Source: Acidimicrobiia bacterium
GTDB taxonomy: Bacteria; Actinomycetota; Acidimicrobiia; IMCC26256; PALSA-610
DNA: 64,000 nt
Direction: 5' to 3'
Assembly (NCBI GenBank): GCA_027494135.1
Contig: JAOSJK010000023.1
Span: 12,558-76,557, forward strand
Shown: in pieces, positions 55,291-63,682 of the stretch
How the letters are laid out: the number at the start of each line of letters is the position of its first letter
Numbering within the stretch: position 1 is the first letter of the stretch
Translations under genes and position numbers: made by a program
Notes under the pieces: model-generated
Database searches by the model: none
What the model saw: the letters and a program-made list of their open reading frames with translations, nothing else
What the model was told of the DNA's origin: nothing

Positions 55291-56548
55291 CTCGCCTCCA
55301 CGCGCAGGGGCAGAGACTTCGGGCCCCTGAGGACGAGGGAATCGAGCATCGGAACGGAACCGGCAGCGAGCTCGAGGCTCCGGCAGCGCGAGAAGAGGCT
55401 CCTCGAACGCCACCCGCGCCTCGAGCCGGGCCAGCGAGGCCCCCAGGCAGAAGTGGATGCCGTGTCCGAAGGCCACGTGTCCGGACACCTCGCGGTCGAT
55501 GTCGAAGCTCTCGGCGTCGCGGAACTGCTCCTCGTCGTGGTTCGCCGAGGCGAAGAAGACGAGCAGCATGCTGTTCGCGGGGACATTTCCGCTCGGGAGC
55601 TCGACGGCGCTCTGCGTCGAACGCGGGAGCGCCTGGACCGGCGAGTCGTAGCGCAGCGCCTCGTCGACGAGCGCGGGGACGAGGCTGCGGTCGGTCAGCA
55701 CGCGCGCGAGCTGTTCCGGGTGGGCGAGCAGCGCCTTCACTCCGTTCCCGATCAGGTTCGTCGTAGTCTCGTTGCCGGCGATGAGCAGCAGCACGACGAA
55801 GGACATGACCTCCCCCGTCGTCAGTGTGTCGCCCTCCTCGGCGCGGACGAGGACGCTGATGAGATCGTCCTTCGGCGAGGCGCGCCGCTCGGCGGCAATG
55901 CGCTCGATGTAGTCGGCCATCTCGTCGGCCGCGCGCCGCACGTCGTCCTTCGAGTACTGGCCGGCCGCCCCGGACAGGCCGATCACGAAGGCATCCGACC
56001 ACGCCTTGAACTGGTCGCGCCGCTCGGGCTCGACGCCCAGCATCTCGGCGATCACCGTCACGGGCAGCGGGACGGAGAGCCCGCTCACGAGCTCCAGATC
56101 CCCGTGCCGGATCGCCGCGTCCAGGCAGCCGCTCGCGAGCTCGCGAATCCGCGGCTCGAGCGCAGCGATGCGGCGTGGCGTGAAGCCGCGGTTCACCAGC
56201 CGGCGCAGGCGCGCATGGTCGGGGGTCGGTCGCAATCATCATGTTCGAAGCCAGCAGCCGGTGGCCCGCCAGCGCGCCGCTGTTCGGTCCGATACCGATG
56301 CCCCCTCCCTGGAGGGCCACCTGGAGTGCGGTCGACGAGAACAGCTCCGGGTGGTGGAGCGCGTGCAGCACGTCCGCGTAGCGGGTGATCGCGTACAGGG
56401 GCATCCCCTCCGCGAGCTGGTGAATCGGCGACTCGCGCCTCAAGGCGGCGTAGTAGGGGTAGGGGTTCTCACGGACTTCGGGGGCCAGCAGGCTGAAGTC
56501 ACGTGCGCCCGGCTCTCCCATCGTCGACTGCGGTGTCGTTGCCGTCAT
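55287..56548 (-). CDS. cytochrome P450 (copy 2), two frame disruptions (55395-55401 and G5 run 56221-56225)
   Basis: ATG at 56548 with a GGAGGAG RBS. N-terminal part ...NMMIATDP, then PDHARLRRLVNRGFTP..., I-helix LLIAGNETTTN, heme loop FGHGIHFCLGASLAR, then a switch to LFSRCRSLELAAGSVPMLDSLVLRGPKSLPLRVEAR*. Confidence 0.85.
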
Positions 56549-56566
56549 GACACTCCTCCTTGCGGG

Positions 56567-57910
56567 TTAGATGCGACCGCGGCTGCGGAACTCGAGATGT
56601 CCGAAGCCCGCTCGAGCCTGCTCGAGAGCTGCCTCGATGAGAGAGAAGAAGGCTCGGCCACCCGTCGCCACGTATCGCTCCGGCTCGACCTCGCGAAGGT
56701 CGCCTGCCTCCACCAGGTCCTGGATCCAGGCGGTGGCCTCGTCGTGGGCCACGACGAGCCGGAGGACGCTTCCCTCGACCTTCCAGATCGGCAGCCGCTC
56801 CCGCCCGCCCCAGGCCAGATCGAGGACGCGCATCGGCTGCGACGCGTGCTGCTCGAGGACCGCCTCCACCAGCGGAATCCGCTCGGCGAGGATCTCGAGG
56901 TCCCGGACCGCCATCCGCTTCGGATTCCGGTAGACGATCTCGTGGCTCGGGTAGGCAATGTCCTCGTCGACGTCGAGACCCAGGAGCCGCTGGCTCGATT
57001 CGAGGTAGCGCTGCACACCGCAGCGCTCCGCCGCGATTCCTGCCTCCCGGGCGGTCGTACCAGGCGTGACGAGGGAGGTCGTCGCGGGGAGCCACATGTC
57101 GCCGGTCACGAAGTGCCGACGGTCGACGCGGACGCACAGGTGTCCGGGGATGTGCCCCTCGAACTGGAGCACCTCCACGCGCCCGTCCGCGAGGGAGACC
57201 TTGCCGGCGCCGGGCTCGATCGGGTGGTCGATCCGCAGCGGCCCATCCTCCACGCTGCCCCAGGGCGCCCGATTCAGGTCGACGCCCGCCTTCTCCGCCA
57301 GGGCGAGGAAGTCGGCGCGGATCCCGTCGGCCAGCTCGTCGAGCTCCGCCCGGATGCCGCAGTCGCGGAGGAAGAGCGCGCGCGTGCGGAGGAACGATTC
57401 CCGCCGGCTCACGAGAGGGGCGAGCGCAGCGGTCGCGGGGTGCGCGAGGATCTCCACCGCGTCGCCCAGCGCCTCCACCGCCGCATGGCCTCCTGCATGA
57501 TCGAAGTGCGCGTGCGTGTAGAGGACCTGGATCGGTCGCTCGTCGATGGAACGCTCCTCGTCCTTCGCGATCTGCTCGAGCACGTGCGGAAAGACCTCGC
57601 CGGCCGTCGTGCGATAGGTCGAGTCCACGACGAGAACGGCGTCCGGAAGCGAGACGACGTGGCAGGCTACCGAGAACGAGCTGGCCCCGACGGCGGCCCC
57701 CGCGCCCGTGAAGTCGTCGCGCAGTGCGCGCGTGGTCGGGGTGTCGAAACGGGCGAGGATCAGCTCCAGCGGGTTCGGCACCCGGCGCTCTCCGGGACCC
57801 GATCCCGGGATCCCGCTCGACCGGGCGTCGATCCGGTAGATCCGGAGCCCCCGCGATCGCTCGCCACCGGGGTCCACTCGATCACCGCGGGTCCTCTCGT
57901 AGGCTCGCAC
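56567..57910 (-). CDS. MBL-fold metallo-hydrolase with long N- and C-terminal extensions
   Basis: 447-aa ORF with VLYTHAHFDHAGGH and GHIPGH. The start is uncertain: 57910 overlaps the RND gene by 29 nt, and there is an alternative GTG at 57781. Confidence 0.65.
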   Translation of the reverse strand: MRAYERTRGDRVDPGGERSRGLRIYRIDARSSGIPGSGPGERRVPNPLELILARFDTPTTRALRDDFTGAGAAVGASSFSVACHVVSLPDAVLVVDSTYRTTAGEVFPHVLEQIAKDEERSIDERPIQVLYTHAHFDHAGGHAAVEALGDAVEILAHPATAALAPLVSRRESFLRTRALFLRDCGIRAELDELADGIRADFLALAEKAGVDLNRAPWGSVEDGPLRIDHPIEPGAGKVSLADGRVEVLQFEGHIPGHLCVRVDRRHFVTGDMWLPATTSLVTPGTTAREAGIAAERCGVQRYLESSQRLLGLDVDEDIAYPSHEIVYRNPKRMAVRDLEILAERIPLVEAVLEQHASQPMRVLDLAWGGRERLPIWKVEGSVLRLVVAHDEATAWIQDLVEAGDLREVEPERYVATGGRAFFSLIEAALEQARAGFGHLEFRSRGRI

Positions 57911-60900
57911 CCGGCTCGAGAGCGGTATCGCTCGGGGCCGGGGACCCGGCGGGCCGCCGCCTGGTGCGCCAGAGCTCGAGGGAGCGGGTCCCGATTCGGG
58001 CAGGAAGGGGTCGCAGGTCGTCGACCAGCGTGTACACGACGGGAACGATGAGAAGCGTGAGGAAGGTCGAGGAGAGCATTCCGCCCACCGCGAGGATGCC
58101 CATGGGGTTGCGCCACTCGGCGCCGTCCGCCCGCGAGAGCGCCACCGGAAGCATTCCGAAGACGGTCGAGAGGGCGGTCATCAGCACTGGGCGCAGCCGC
58201 ACGGGCCCGGCCTGCAGCATTGCCTCCTTCGACGGCTGACCGAGCGACCGCAGCTGGTTCGCGTAGTCCACGAGGAGGATCCCGTTCTTCATGACGAGTC
58301 CCATGAGGGCGAGGAACGCGATCTGGGCGAAGAGGCTCATGTGGGCGCCCGTGGCGGCGAGCGCGGCGAAGGCCCCTGCGAAGGAGAGCGGTGCGGTCAG
58401 CATGATCACCGCCGGCTGGGTGAAGCTGTTGAACTGGCTCGCGAGGATCATGTAGATCGAGAGCAGGGCCAGCCCGAAGGCGAACTTCACGGACTCGAAG
58501 GAGTCCTGCATGCGCTCGCCCCAGCCTCGGTGCCGCCCGACGTAGCCCGGCGGCAGCGCGATCTGCGCGACGAGCGAATCGATGGTCTTCACCGCGTCTC
58601 CCAGCGCGACGCCCGGCCGGGTGTTCGCGAAGACGTCGACCTTGCGGTTGCGGTCCTCGCGGTCGATCTGGACCGGCCCCGACGCCACGCCGAGCGACGC
58701 CACGTTCTCGAGGTCCGTCAGGCGCCCGTCCCGGGCGCGCACCTGGATGAGCCCCAGCTCCGCGAGGTCGTCGCGCTGCTCCTCCTCCAGGCGGACGCGC
58801 ACGTCGTAGCGATCGCCGCCCTCTTCGTAGGTCGCGACATCGACTCCGCCCACCGTCGCGCGCAGCGTCTGCGCCAGCGTCCGGAGGGAGACGCCCTGGT
58901 CGGCTGCGCGGCGCCGGTCCACCGAGGCCTGCACCTCGGGGCGCCCAGTCTCGTAGCTGATCATCGTGTCGACGAAGGTGCCGCTGGCCCGCATGGCGTC
59001 CGCCAGCGCGTGGCTCAGCGCCTCGAGCCGATCGAGCTCCGGCCCCTGGAGTGTGTACTGGACGTTGAAGGCCGAGAAGCCTCCGCTGGCGATCCACGGG
59101 ATCTCGTTCACGCCGACGCGCTTGGCGTCCGGCGCAGCCCCGCGCAGCACGCCGCGCAGCTCTTCCATCACCTCCTGCATGCCCACGTCCCGCTCCTGCT
59201 TCGGGGTCAGACGCACGTAGAAGGAGGCCTCGTCGATGCGACCCTGGCTGCCGCCCCCCACGGTGGCGAAGACCGAGGTCACTTGCTCGACGCTGCGGAG
59301 GGCCTGCTGCACCTCGTGGACCACCGCCTTCGTGCGCTCGATCCCGGTGCCGAGGGGAAGCTCGATGATTGCCTCGACCTCGCTCCGGTCGGAGTGGGTG
59401 TCGAAGGCGAGCGGAACGGCCCGAGCCAGGAGTACGCCGGCGACGATCGTCGCGATGCCCAGGGCGACGACCGCAGCGCGATGCACCAGAGCGAGGCGGA
59501 GCATGCGTGCGTAGATCTCCTCGAGTCTCGTGTAGGCCTGCTCCAGAAGCTCGAAGGTCCTGCCGTGGTGCTCCTCGCGGCGGAGCAGGCGCGAGGAGAG
59601 CATCGGCGTCAGCGTGAAGGCCACCAGCAGGGAGACCGCCACGGCGAAGGTCACCGTGAGGCCGTACTCGTAGAAGAAGCGTCCGATCATGCCCCGCATG
59701 AAGGCGATCGGGACGAAGACGGCGGCGATCGCGGCGGTCGCTGCGATCACGGCGAGGCCCACCTCCTGGGTGCCCCGCGCAGCCGCCTCGAGCGGCCTCT
59801 CGCCCGCCTCGATCCGGCGGTGGATCGCCTCGAGCACGACGATCGCATCGTCGATCAGGAGGCCGATCGAGATCGAAACCGCCATGAGACTGATGATGTT
59901 GATCGTGAAGCCGGCCGTGTAGAAGAGGAAGAAGGTGGCGACGATCGAGGTCGGGATCGCGGTCGCGACGATCAACGTCGAGCGCAGGTTGCGCAGGAAG
60001 GCCAACGTCACGAGCATGGCGAGAAAGGCGCCGAGCACGATGTCGACGTACACGTCGCGGACGGAGGACTCGATGAAGCGGGACACGTCCCGCGCGAAGC
60101 CCATGCGGATGCCCGGGGGCAGGGACCCGGCGAGCCCCTCGACCTCGGCCTTGACCGCTCGCGCGACCTCGACCGTGTTCTCGCCGGACTGGCGCCGCAC
60201 CTCGAGCGATACACCGGGCACGCCGTCGAGCTCGGCGTAGGTGCGCTCGTCCTCGAGGCCGTCCTCCACGCGCGCCACGTCCCGGATGCGGATGGGCCCC
60301 CCCTGCCGCTGCGCGACGATGATCTCTCCGAACTCCTCGGGGCTCTCCACCTCTCCGAGGGTGCGGAACGAGAACTCCGCGGTGCGGTCCGCGGCCTCGA
60401 GGCGCCCGCCCGGGAGCTCGGCGTGCTCGGTCTGGACGGCTCGGATCACGTCCTCGGCGCTCAAGGCGTAGGAGCGCAGCCGGTAGGCGTCGAGCCAGAT
60501 CCGGATCTCCCGGTCGCGCCCTCCGACGAGCTTCACCGACCCGACTCCCTGCACGCGTTGCAGCCGGTCCTTGACGACGTCCTCGGCGAAGTGGGTCAGC
60601 TCGCGCACGGACCGGTCGCCGGCGATCATGACGGAGAGGATCGGCGCCGCGTCGGGGTCGATGCGGTCCACGATGGGAGGCTCGATCTCCGGCGGCAGGT
60701 GCCTGCGCGCGAGGGCCACCTTGTCCCGCACGTTCTGCACCGCCGCCTCGGCATCCACCTCGAGCTCGAACCAGACGAAGATCGTCGACAGGCCCTCCGA
60801 GCTCTGGGAGAGCAGATGGTCGAGTCCGGCCAGATTGCTGATCTCCTCCTCGAGAACCTCCGTGACCTCGGTCTCGACGGTCTGCGGCGTGGCTCCCTCG

Positions 60901-61061
60901 AGAACCGTCGTCACGGTCACCACCGGGAACTCGATCCTCGGGAAGAGGTCGAGCGGGACGCGGTCGAGGGCGACCCATCCGAGCGTCACGAGGGCCCCGA
61001 TCAACATCACGGCGAAGACCGGGCGCCGGATCGAGACGTCAGCCAGCCACATCGGCCACAT
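57882..61061 (-). CDS. RND (AcrB/HAE-type) inner-membrane efflux transporter
   Basis: Uninterrupted 1059-aa ORF with SIRRPVFAVMLI..., LLIDDAIVVLE and LLVDYANQL. The start is 61061 or 61052. Confidence 0.95.
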   Translation of the reverse strand: MWPMWLADVSIRRPVFAVMLIGALVTLGWVALDRVPLDLFPRIEFPVVTVTTVLEGATPQTVETEVTEVLEEEISNLAGLDHLLSQSSEGLSTIFVWFELEVDAEAAVQNVRDKVALARRHLPPEIEPPIVDRIDPDAAPILSVMIAGDRSVRELTHFAEDVVKDRLQRVQGVGSVKLVGGRDREIRIWLDAYRLRSYALSAEDVIRAVQTEHAELPGGRLEAADRTAEFSFRTLGEVESPEEFGEIIVAQRQGGPIRIRDVARVEDGLEDERTYAELDGVPGVSLEVRRQSGENTVEVARAVKAEVEGLAGSLPPGIRMGFARDVSRFIESSVRDVYVDIVLGAFLAMLVTLAFLRNLRSTLIVATAIPTSIVATFFLFYTAGFTINIISLMAVSISIGLLIDDAIVVLEAIHRRIEAGERPLEAAARGTQEVGLAVIAATAAIAAVFVPIAFMRGMIGRFFYEYGLTVTFAVAVSLLVAFTLTPMLSSRLLRREEHHGRTFELLEQAYTRLEEIYARMLRLALVHRAAVVALGIATIVAGVLLARAVPLAFDTHSDRSEVEAIIELPLGTGIERTKAVVHEVQQALRSVEQVTSVFATVGGGSQGRIDEASFYVRLTPKQERDVGMQEVMEELRGVLRGAAPDAKRVGVNEIPWIASGGFSAFNVQYTLQGPELDRLEALSHALADAMRASGTFVDTMISYETGRPEVQASVDRRRAADQGVSLRTLAQTLRATVGGVDVATYEEGGDRYDVRVRLEEEQRDDLAELGLIQVRARDGRLTDLENVASLGVASGPVQIDREDRNRKVDVFANTRPGVALGDAVKTIDSLVAQIALPPGYVGRHRGWGERMQDSFESVKFAFGLALLSIYMILASQFNSFTQPAVIMLTAPLSFAGAFAALAATGAHMSLFAQIAFLALMGLVMKNGILLVDYANQLRSLGQPSKEAMLQAGPVRLRPVLMTALSTVFGMLPVALSRADGAEWRNPMGILAVGGMLSSTFLTLLIVPVVYTLVDDLRPLPARIGTRSLELWRTRRRPAGSPAPSDTALEPGASLREDPR

Positions 61062-62133
61062 CCACGCGCACGGGCGCGCCCTCCTCGATGATCTTCCCGG
61101 GCGGCGGAACGAGCACCGACTCCCCCGCCTCGAGACCCTCGAGCACCTCGAGGCGCAGCGCGTCGAGATCGCGCACGCGGACCGGGCGCCGGACGGCGCG
61201 GCCGTTCTCGGGGACGAACACGTAGCGGTCGGAGCTCGAACCGAGGACCCCCCGCCGATCGATGACCGTCGCCGGCCTCGAGTCCGGGAAGAGCTCGGCT
61301 CTCGCGAAGAGCCCGGGCTTGATGGCGAGATCGGGGTTGTGGATCGGAAGGCGCACCTCGATCGAACGCGACGCCATCTCGACGCGATCGTTCACGATGA
61401 AGACCTCGCTCTCGAACTCCGCTCCGAGGCCGTCGACCCGGACCTTCGCCGGGGTGCCGATCCGGATGCGCCGGAGATGGATCTCCGGGATCAGGACGAT
61501 GGCCGCGACGAGATCCGTCTTCATGAGCTGCACCACCTGGGAGCTGGCGCTCAGCATGGTGCGCATCATCGTCCCCTCGTCGACGTACCGCTGCGTGACT
61601 ACGCCGGCGTAGGGTGCGCGAACCGTCGTGTCCGCGAGATCCTGCTTCGCCTTCTCGAGGGCCGTCCTCGCCACCTCGAGGCGTGCCTTCGCGATCCTGG
61701 CCGCCGTGCGCACCTCGTCGAGCTGTTCGTCCGAGGCAACGGCCTGCTGGTGGAGGCTCTCGACGCGGGTCAGGTGGCGGCGAGCCTTCTCGGATTCGGC
61801 ACGGGCGAGCTGGAGCGCGTGCTCGGCTTCGCGCACGCGAAGCTCGTAGTCGATCGGCCGGGTGCGGAAGAGGGGATCGCCCGCGTCCACCCGGTCGCCG
61901 ACCCGGACGAAGATCTCCTCGACGATGCCGTCGACGCGCGGCCCGATGTCCGTGGTCTTGTCGGCTGCGATCGTGCCCGTGCCCACGACGGGCTCGAGGA
62001 TCTCCTCCCGGGTGACCGGGAGCGTTTCGATGACCAGGGGAGGGCGCCCGGCGGCCGGCGCGGGCTGGGGAGCTCCGTCCCCGCAGCCCGCCGTCATCAT
62101 CAGCAGCAGCGCTGCCGATCCAACGCGCTTCAC
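61039..62133 (-). CDS. RND periplasmic adaptor (membrane-fusion) lipoprotein
   Basis: GTG at 62133 overlaps the TetR stop (GTGA). Lipobox LLLMMTAGC, coiled-coil hairpin region, VRAPYAGVV. Confidence 0.9.
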   Translation of the reverse strand: MKRVGSAALLLMMTAGCGDGAPQPAPAAGRPPLVIETLPVTREEILEPVVGTGTIAADKTTDIGPRVDGIVEEIFVRVGDRVDAGDPLFRTRPIDYELRVREAEHALQLARAESEKARRHLTRVESLHQQAVASDEQLDEVRTAARIAKARLEVARTALEKAKQDLADTTVRAPYAGVVTQRYVDEGTMMRTMLSASSQVVQLMKTDLVAAIVLIPEIHLRRIRIGTPAKVRVDGLGAEFESEVFIVNDRVEMASRSIEVRLPIHNPDLAIKPGLFARAELFPDSRPATVIDRRGVLGSSSDRYVFVPENGRAVRRPVRVRDLDALRLEVLEGLEAGESVLVPPPGKIIEEGAPVRVDVADVAG

Positions 62134-62762
62134 CCGGCCGCCTCCCCGAGGAGCAGCCGCTTGCAGATCGCCCGGGCGGCAGGGGCCGCGCGGGAGAGGG
62201 GCTCCTCCGGTGCCCGCTCGATGGCGAAGGCGGCCGTGGTGGTGACCGATCCGATCAATGTCAGGGAGAAGACCTCGGCATCGAGACCCTGCAGGTAGCC
62301 GGCGGTCTGCGCCTGCCGGGAGAGCGCCACGACCCAGCCGGTGAAGCGCTGGAAGATGGCGACCGAGGAGTCGCCCATGGTGTGCCGCAGGCGCCAGGGA
62401 AGCCCGCCGGTGCTGCGCGTGTAGATGCGCAAGAGGTCGCGGTTCTGCTCGAAGCAGTCGAAGAGGGAGTCGACGAGGGTCAGGAGCCGCTCTGCGGGGT
62501 CGTCGAGGGGCTCGACCTTGTCGCGCGCGGCCTCCTCGATCGACTCCGCCGCCGACTCGATGGCGGCCTGGTAGATCTCCTCCTTCCCCTCGAAGAGGGA
62601 GTAGAGCGAAGCCAGGGACACCTCGGCCGCGGTGGCGATCTCGGCGATCTGGGTGCCGTCGTAGCCCTTCTCGCCGAACAGGCGCGAGGCCGCCGACACG
62701 ATGTCGGCGCGTCGCTGGTCCCGCTCCAGCTGCCGGCGCTGCTCTCGGAGCGACTCGGACAT
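62130..62762 (-). CDS. TetR/AcrR-family regulator co-transcribed with the efflux genes
   Basis: 210-aa ORF with the HTH RLFGEKGYDGTQIAEIATAAEVSLASLYSLF. Confidence 0.9.
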   Translation of the reverse strand: MSESLREQRRQLERDQRRADIVSAASRLFGEKGYDGTQIAEIATAAEVSLASLYSLFEGKEEIYQAAIESAAESIEEAARDKVEPLDDPAERLLTLVDSLFDCFEQNRDLLRIYTRSTGGLPWRLRHTMGDSSVAIFQRFTGWVVALSRQAQTAGYLQGLDAEVFSLTLIGSVTTTAAFAIERAPEEPLSRAAPAARAICKRLLLGEAAG

Positions 62763-62787
62763 CCGCCTCTTCCAGAATATTGATTCT

Positions 62788-62798
62788 GTCTGTCAGAC
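62788..62798. promoter_or_regulatory. palindromic box GTCTGTCAGAC next to the TetR gene at 62762
   Basis: Lies 26 nt upstream of the start at 62762. A related box in the opposite orientation sits at 62963-62978. Confidence 0.4.
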
Positions 62799-62828
62799 TA
62801 ACTAATTCGATTCCTGTTTCATCAGTCA

Positions 62829-62850
62829 GCCAGATGGCAGCCAGATGGCG
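62829..62850. repeat. tandem 11-bp direct repeat GCCAGATGGCA GCCAGATGGCG
   Basis: Read directly from the sequence. A third CCAGATG occurs at 62953-62959. Confidence 0.5.
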
Positions 62851-62962
62851 AGGCACATTGAAAAGGCAACAAGATCATATAAATAACTGGATCTACACGG
62901 ATATAGCTCGATCCAACCCATGTCCTGTCGCTTCGTATCACCGTTCAAGTGACCAGATGATT

Positions 62963-62978
62963 GACTGACAAGACAGTC
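62963..62978. promoter_or_regulatory. inverted-repeat box GACTGACAAGACAGTC next to the TetR gene at 62999
   Basis: Lies 21 nt upstream of the ATG at 62999. Its minus-strand reading, ACTGTCTTGTCAGTC, resembles CTGTCTGTCAGAC at 62786-62798. Confidence 0.4.
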
Positions 62979-62998
62979 GATGCTATCGCACCTTCGGC

Positions 62999-63682
62999 AT
63001 GGCAGCACAGCAGAGGCGACAACGGAAGGCCGAGGAGACGCGGGGGAGCATCCTGGAGGCTGCGGCGCAGCACTTCGCGGACCGCGGCTTCAACGAGACC
63101 CGTCTCGAAGACGTCGGCGAACACGTCGGGATCGGCCGCTCGGCCGTGCTCTACCACTTCAAGGACAAGCGGCTGCTCTACCGCGCAGTGCTCGAGGATC
63201 TGTTCGGCGGCCTGCTCGCGGAGCTTCGTTCCGCCCTGACCGCGGCGGGAACGCTCGCCGAGCGCATCGAGGCCGCGGTCTGCGCCTTCGCCGACTACAT
63301 GGGGCGCCACCCGACCGCCGCACGGCTCGCGGTGCGGGAGTCCGTGAATACGGACCCGAAGATCCGACAGGTGATCCAGACACAGGCGCGACCCTTCCTG
63401 ATCCTGCTGGAGATGATCTTCGAGGAAGGCGAGCGCAGCGGCGTCTTCCGACCGCTGCGCTCGGATCCCCTCCACTTCGTGAGCACGATCGCCGGAGCCA
63501 CGCTCTTCTACGTGGCGGCGTTGCCGACCTTCGTGGGCGAGCTGCCCTACGACCCGCTCGCCGAGGAGCCGCTCGCGGCGCACAAACGCGACCTTCTCGA
63601 CATCACCCGCCGCCTGCTCGGGATCCGCGGCCCGCGCGCCGTGGGTGATCCGGGTGAGTCGACCGATCGGAGGAAGGCATGA
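62999..63682 (+). CDS. TetR-family regulator translationally coupled to a P450
   Basis: 227-aa ORF with the HTH HFADRGFNETRLEDVGEHVGIGRSAVLYHF. The stop overlaps the next ATG (ATGA). Confidence 0.9.
   Translation: MAAQQRRQRKAEETRGSILEAAAQHFADRGFNETRLEDVGEHVGIGRSAVLYHFKDKRLLYRAVLEDLFGGLLAELRSALTAAGTLAERIEAAVCAFADYMGRHPTAARLAVRESVNTDPKIRQVIQTQARPFLILLEMIFEEGERSGVFRPLRSDPLHFVSTIAGATLFYVAALPTFVGELPYDPLAEEPLAAHKRDLLDITRRLLGIRGPRAVGDPGESTDRRKA

Noticed and set aside
62829-62850. The tandem 11-bp repeat, considered as a possible CRISPR or minisatellite.
   Set aside because: There are only two units with no spacers and no cas genes. It fits a regulatory direct repeat better.
63663-63670. A CCGATCGG core identical to the centre of the operator, just before the P450 copy 3 start.
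   Set aside because: The flanks (GTCGA...AGGAA) do not match TTT/AAA, and the site lies inside the TetR coding sequence (..STDRRKA). It is most likely a coincidence of a GATC-centred 8-mer in GC-rich DNA.
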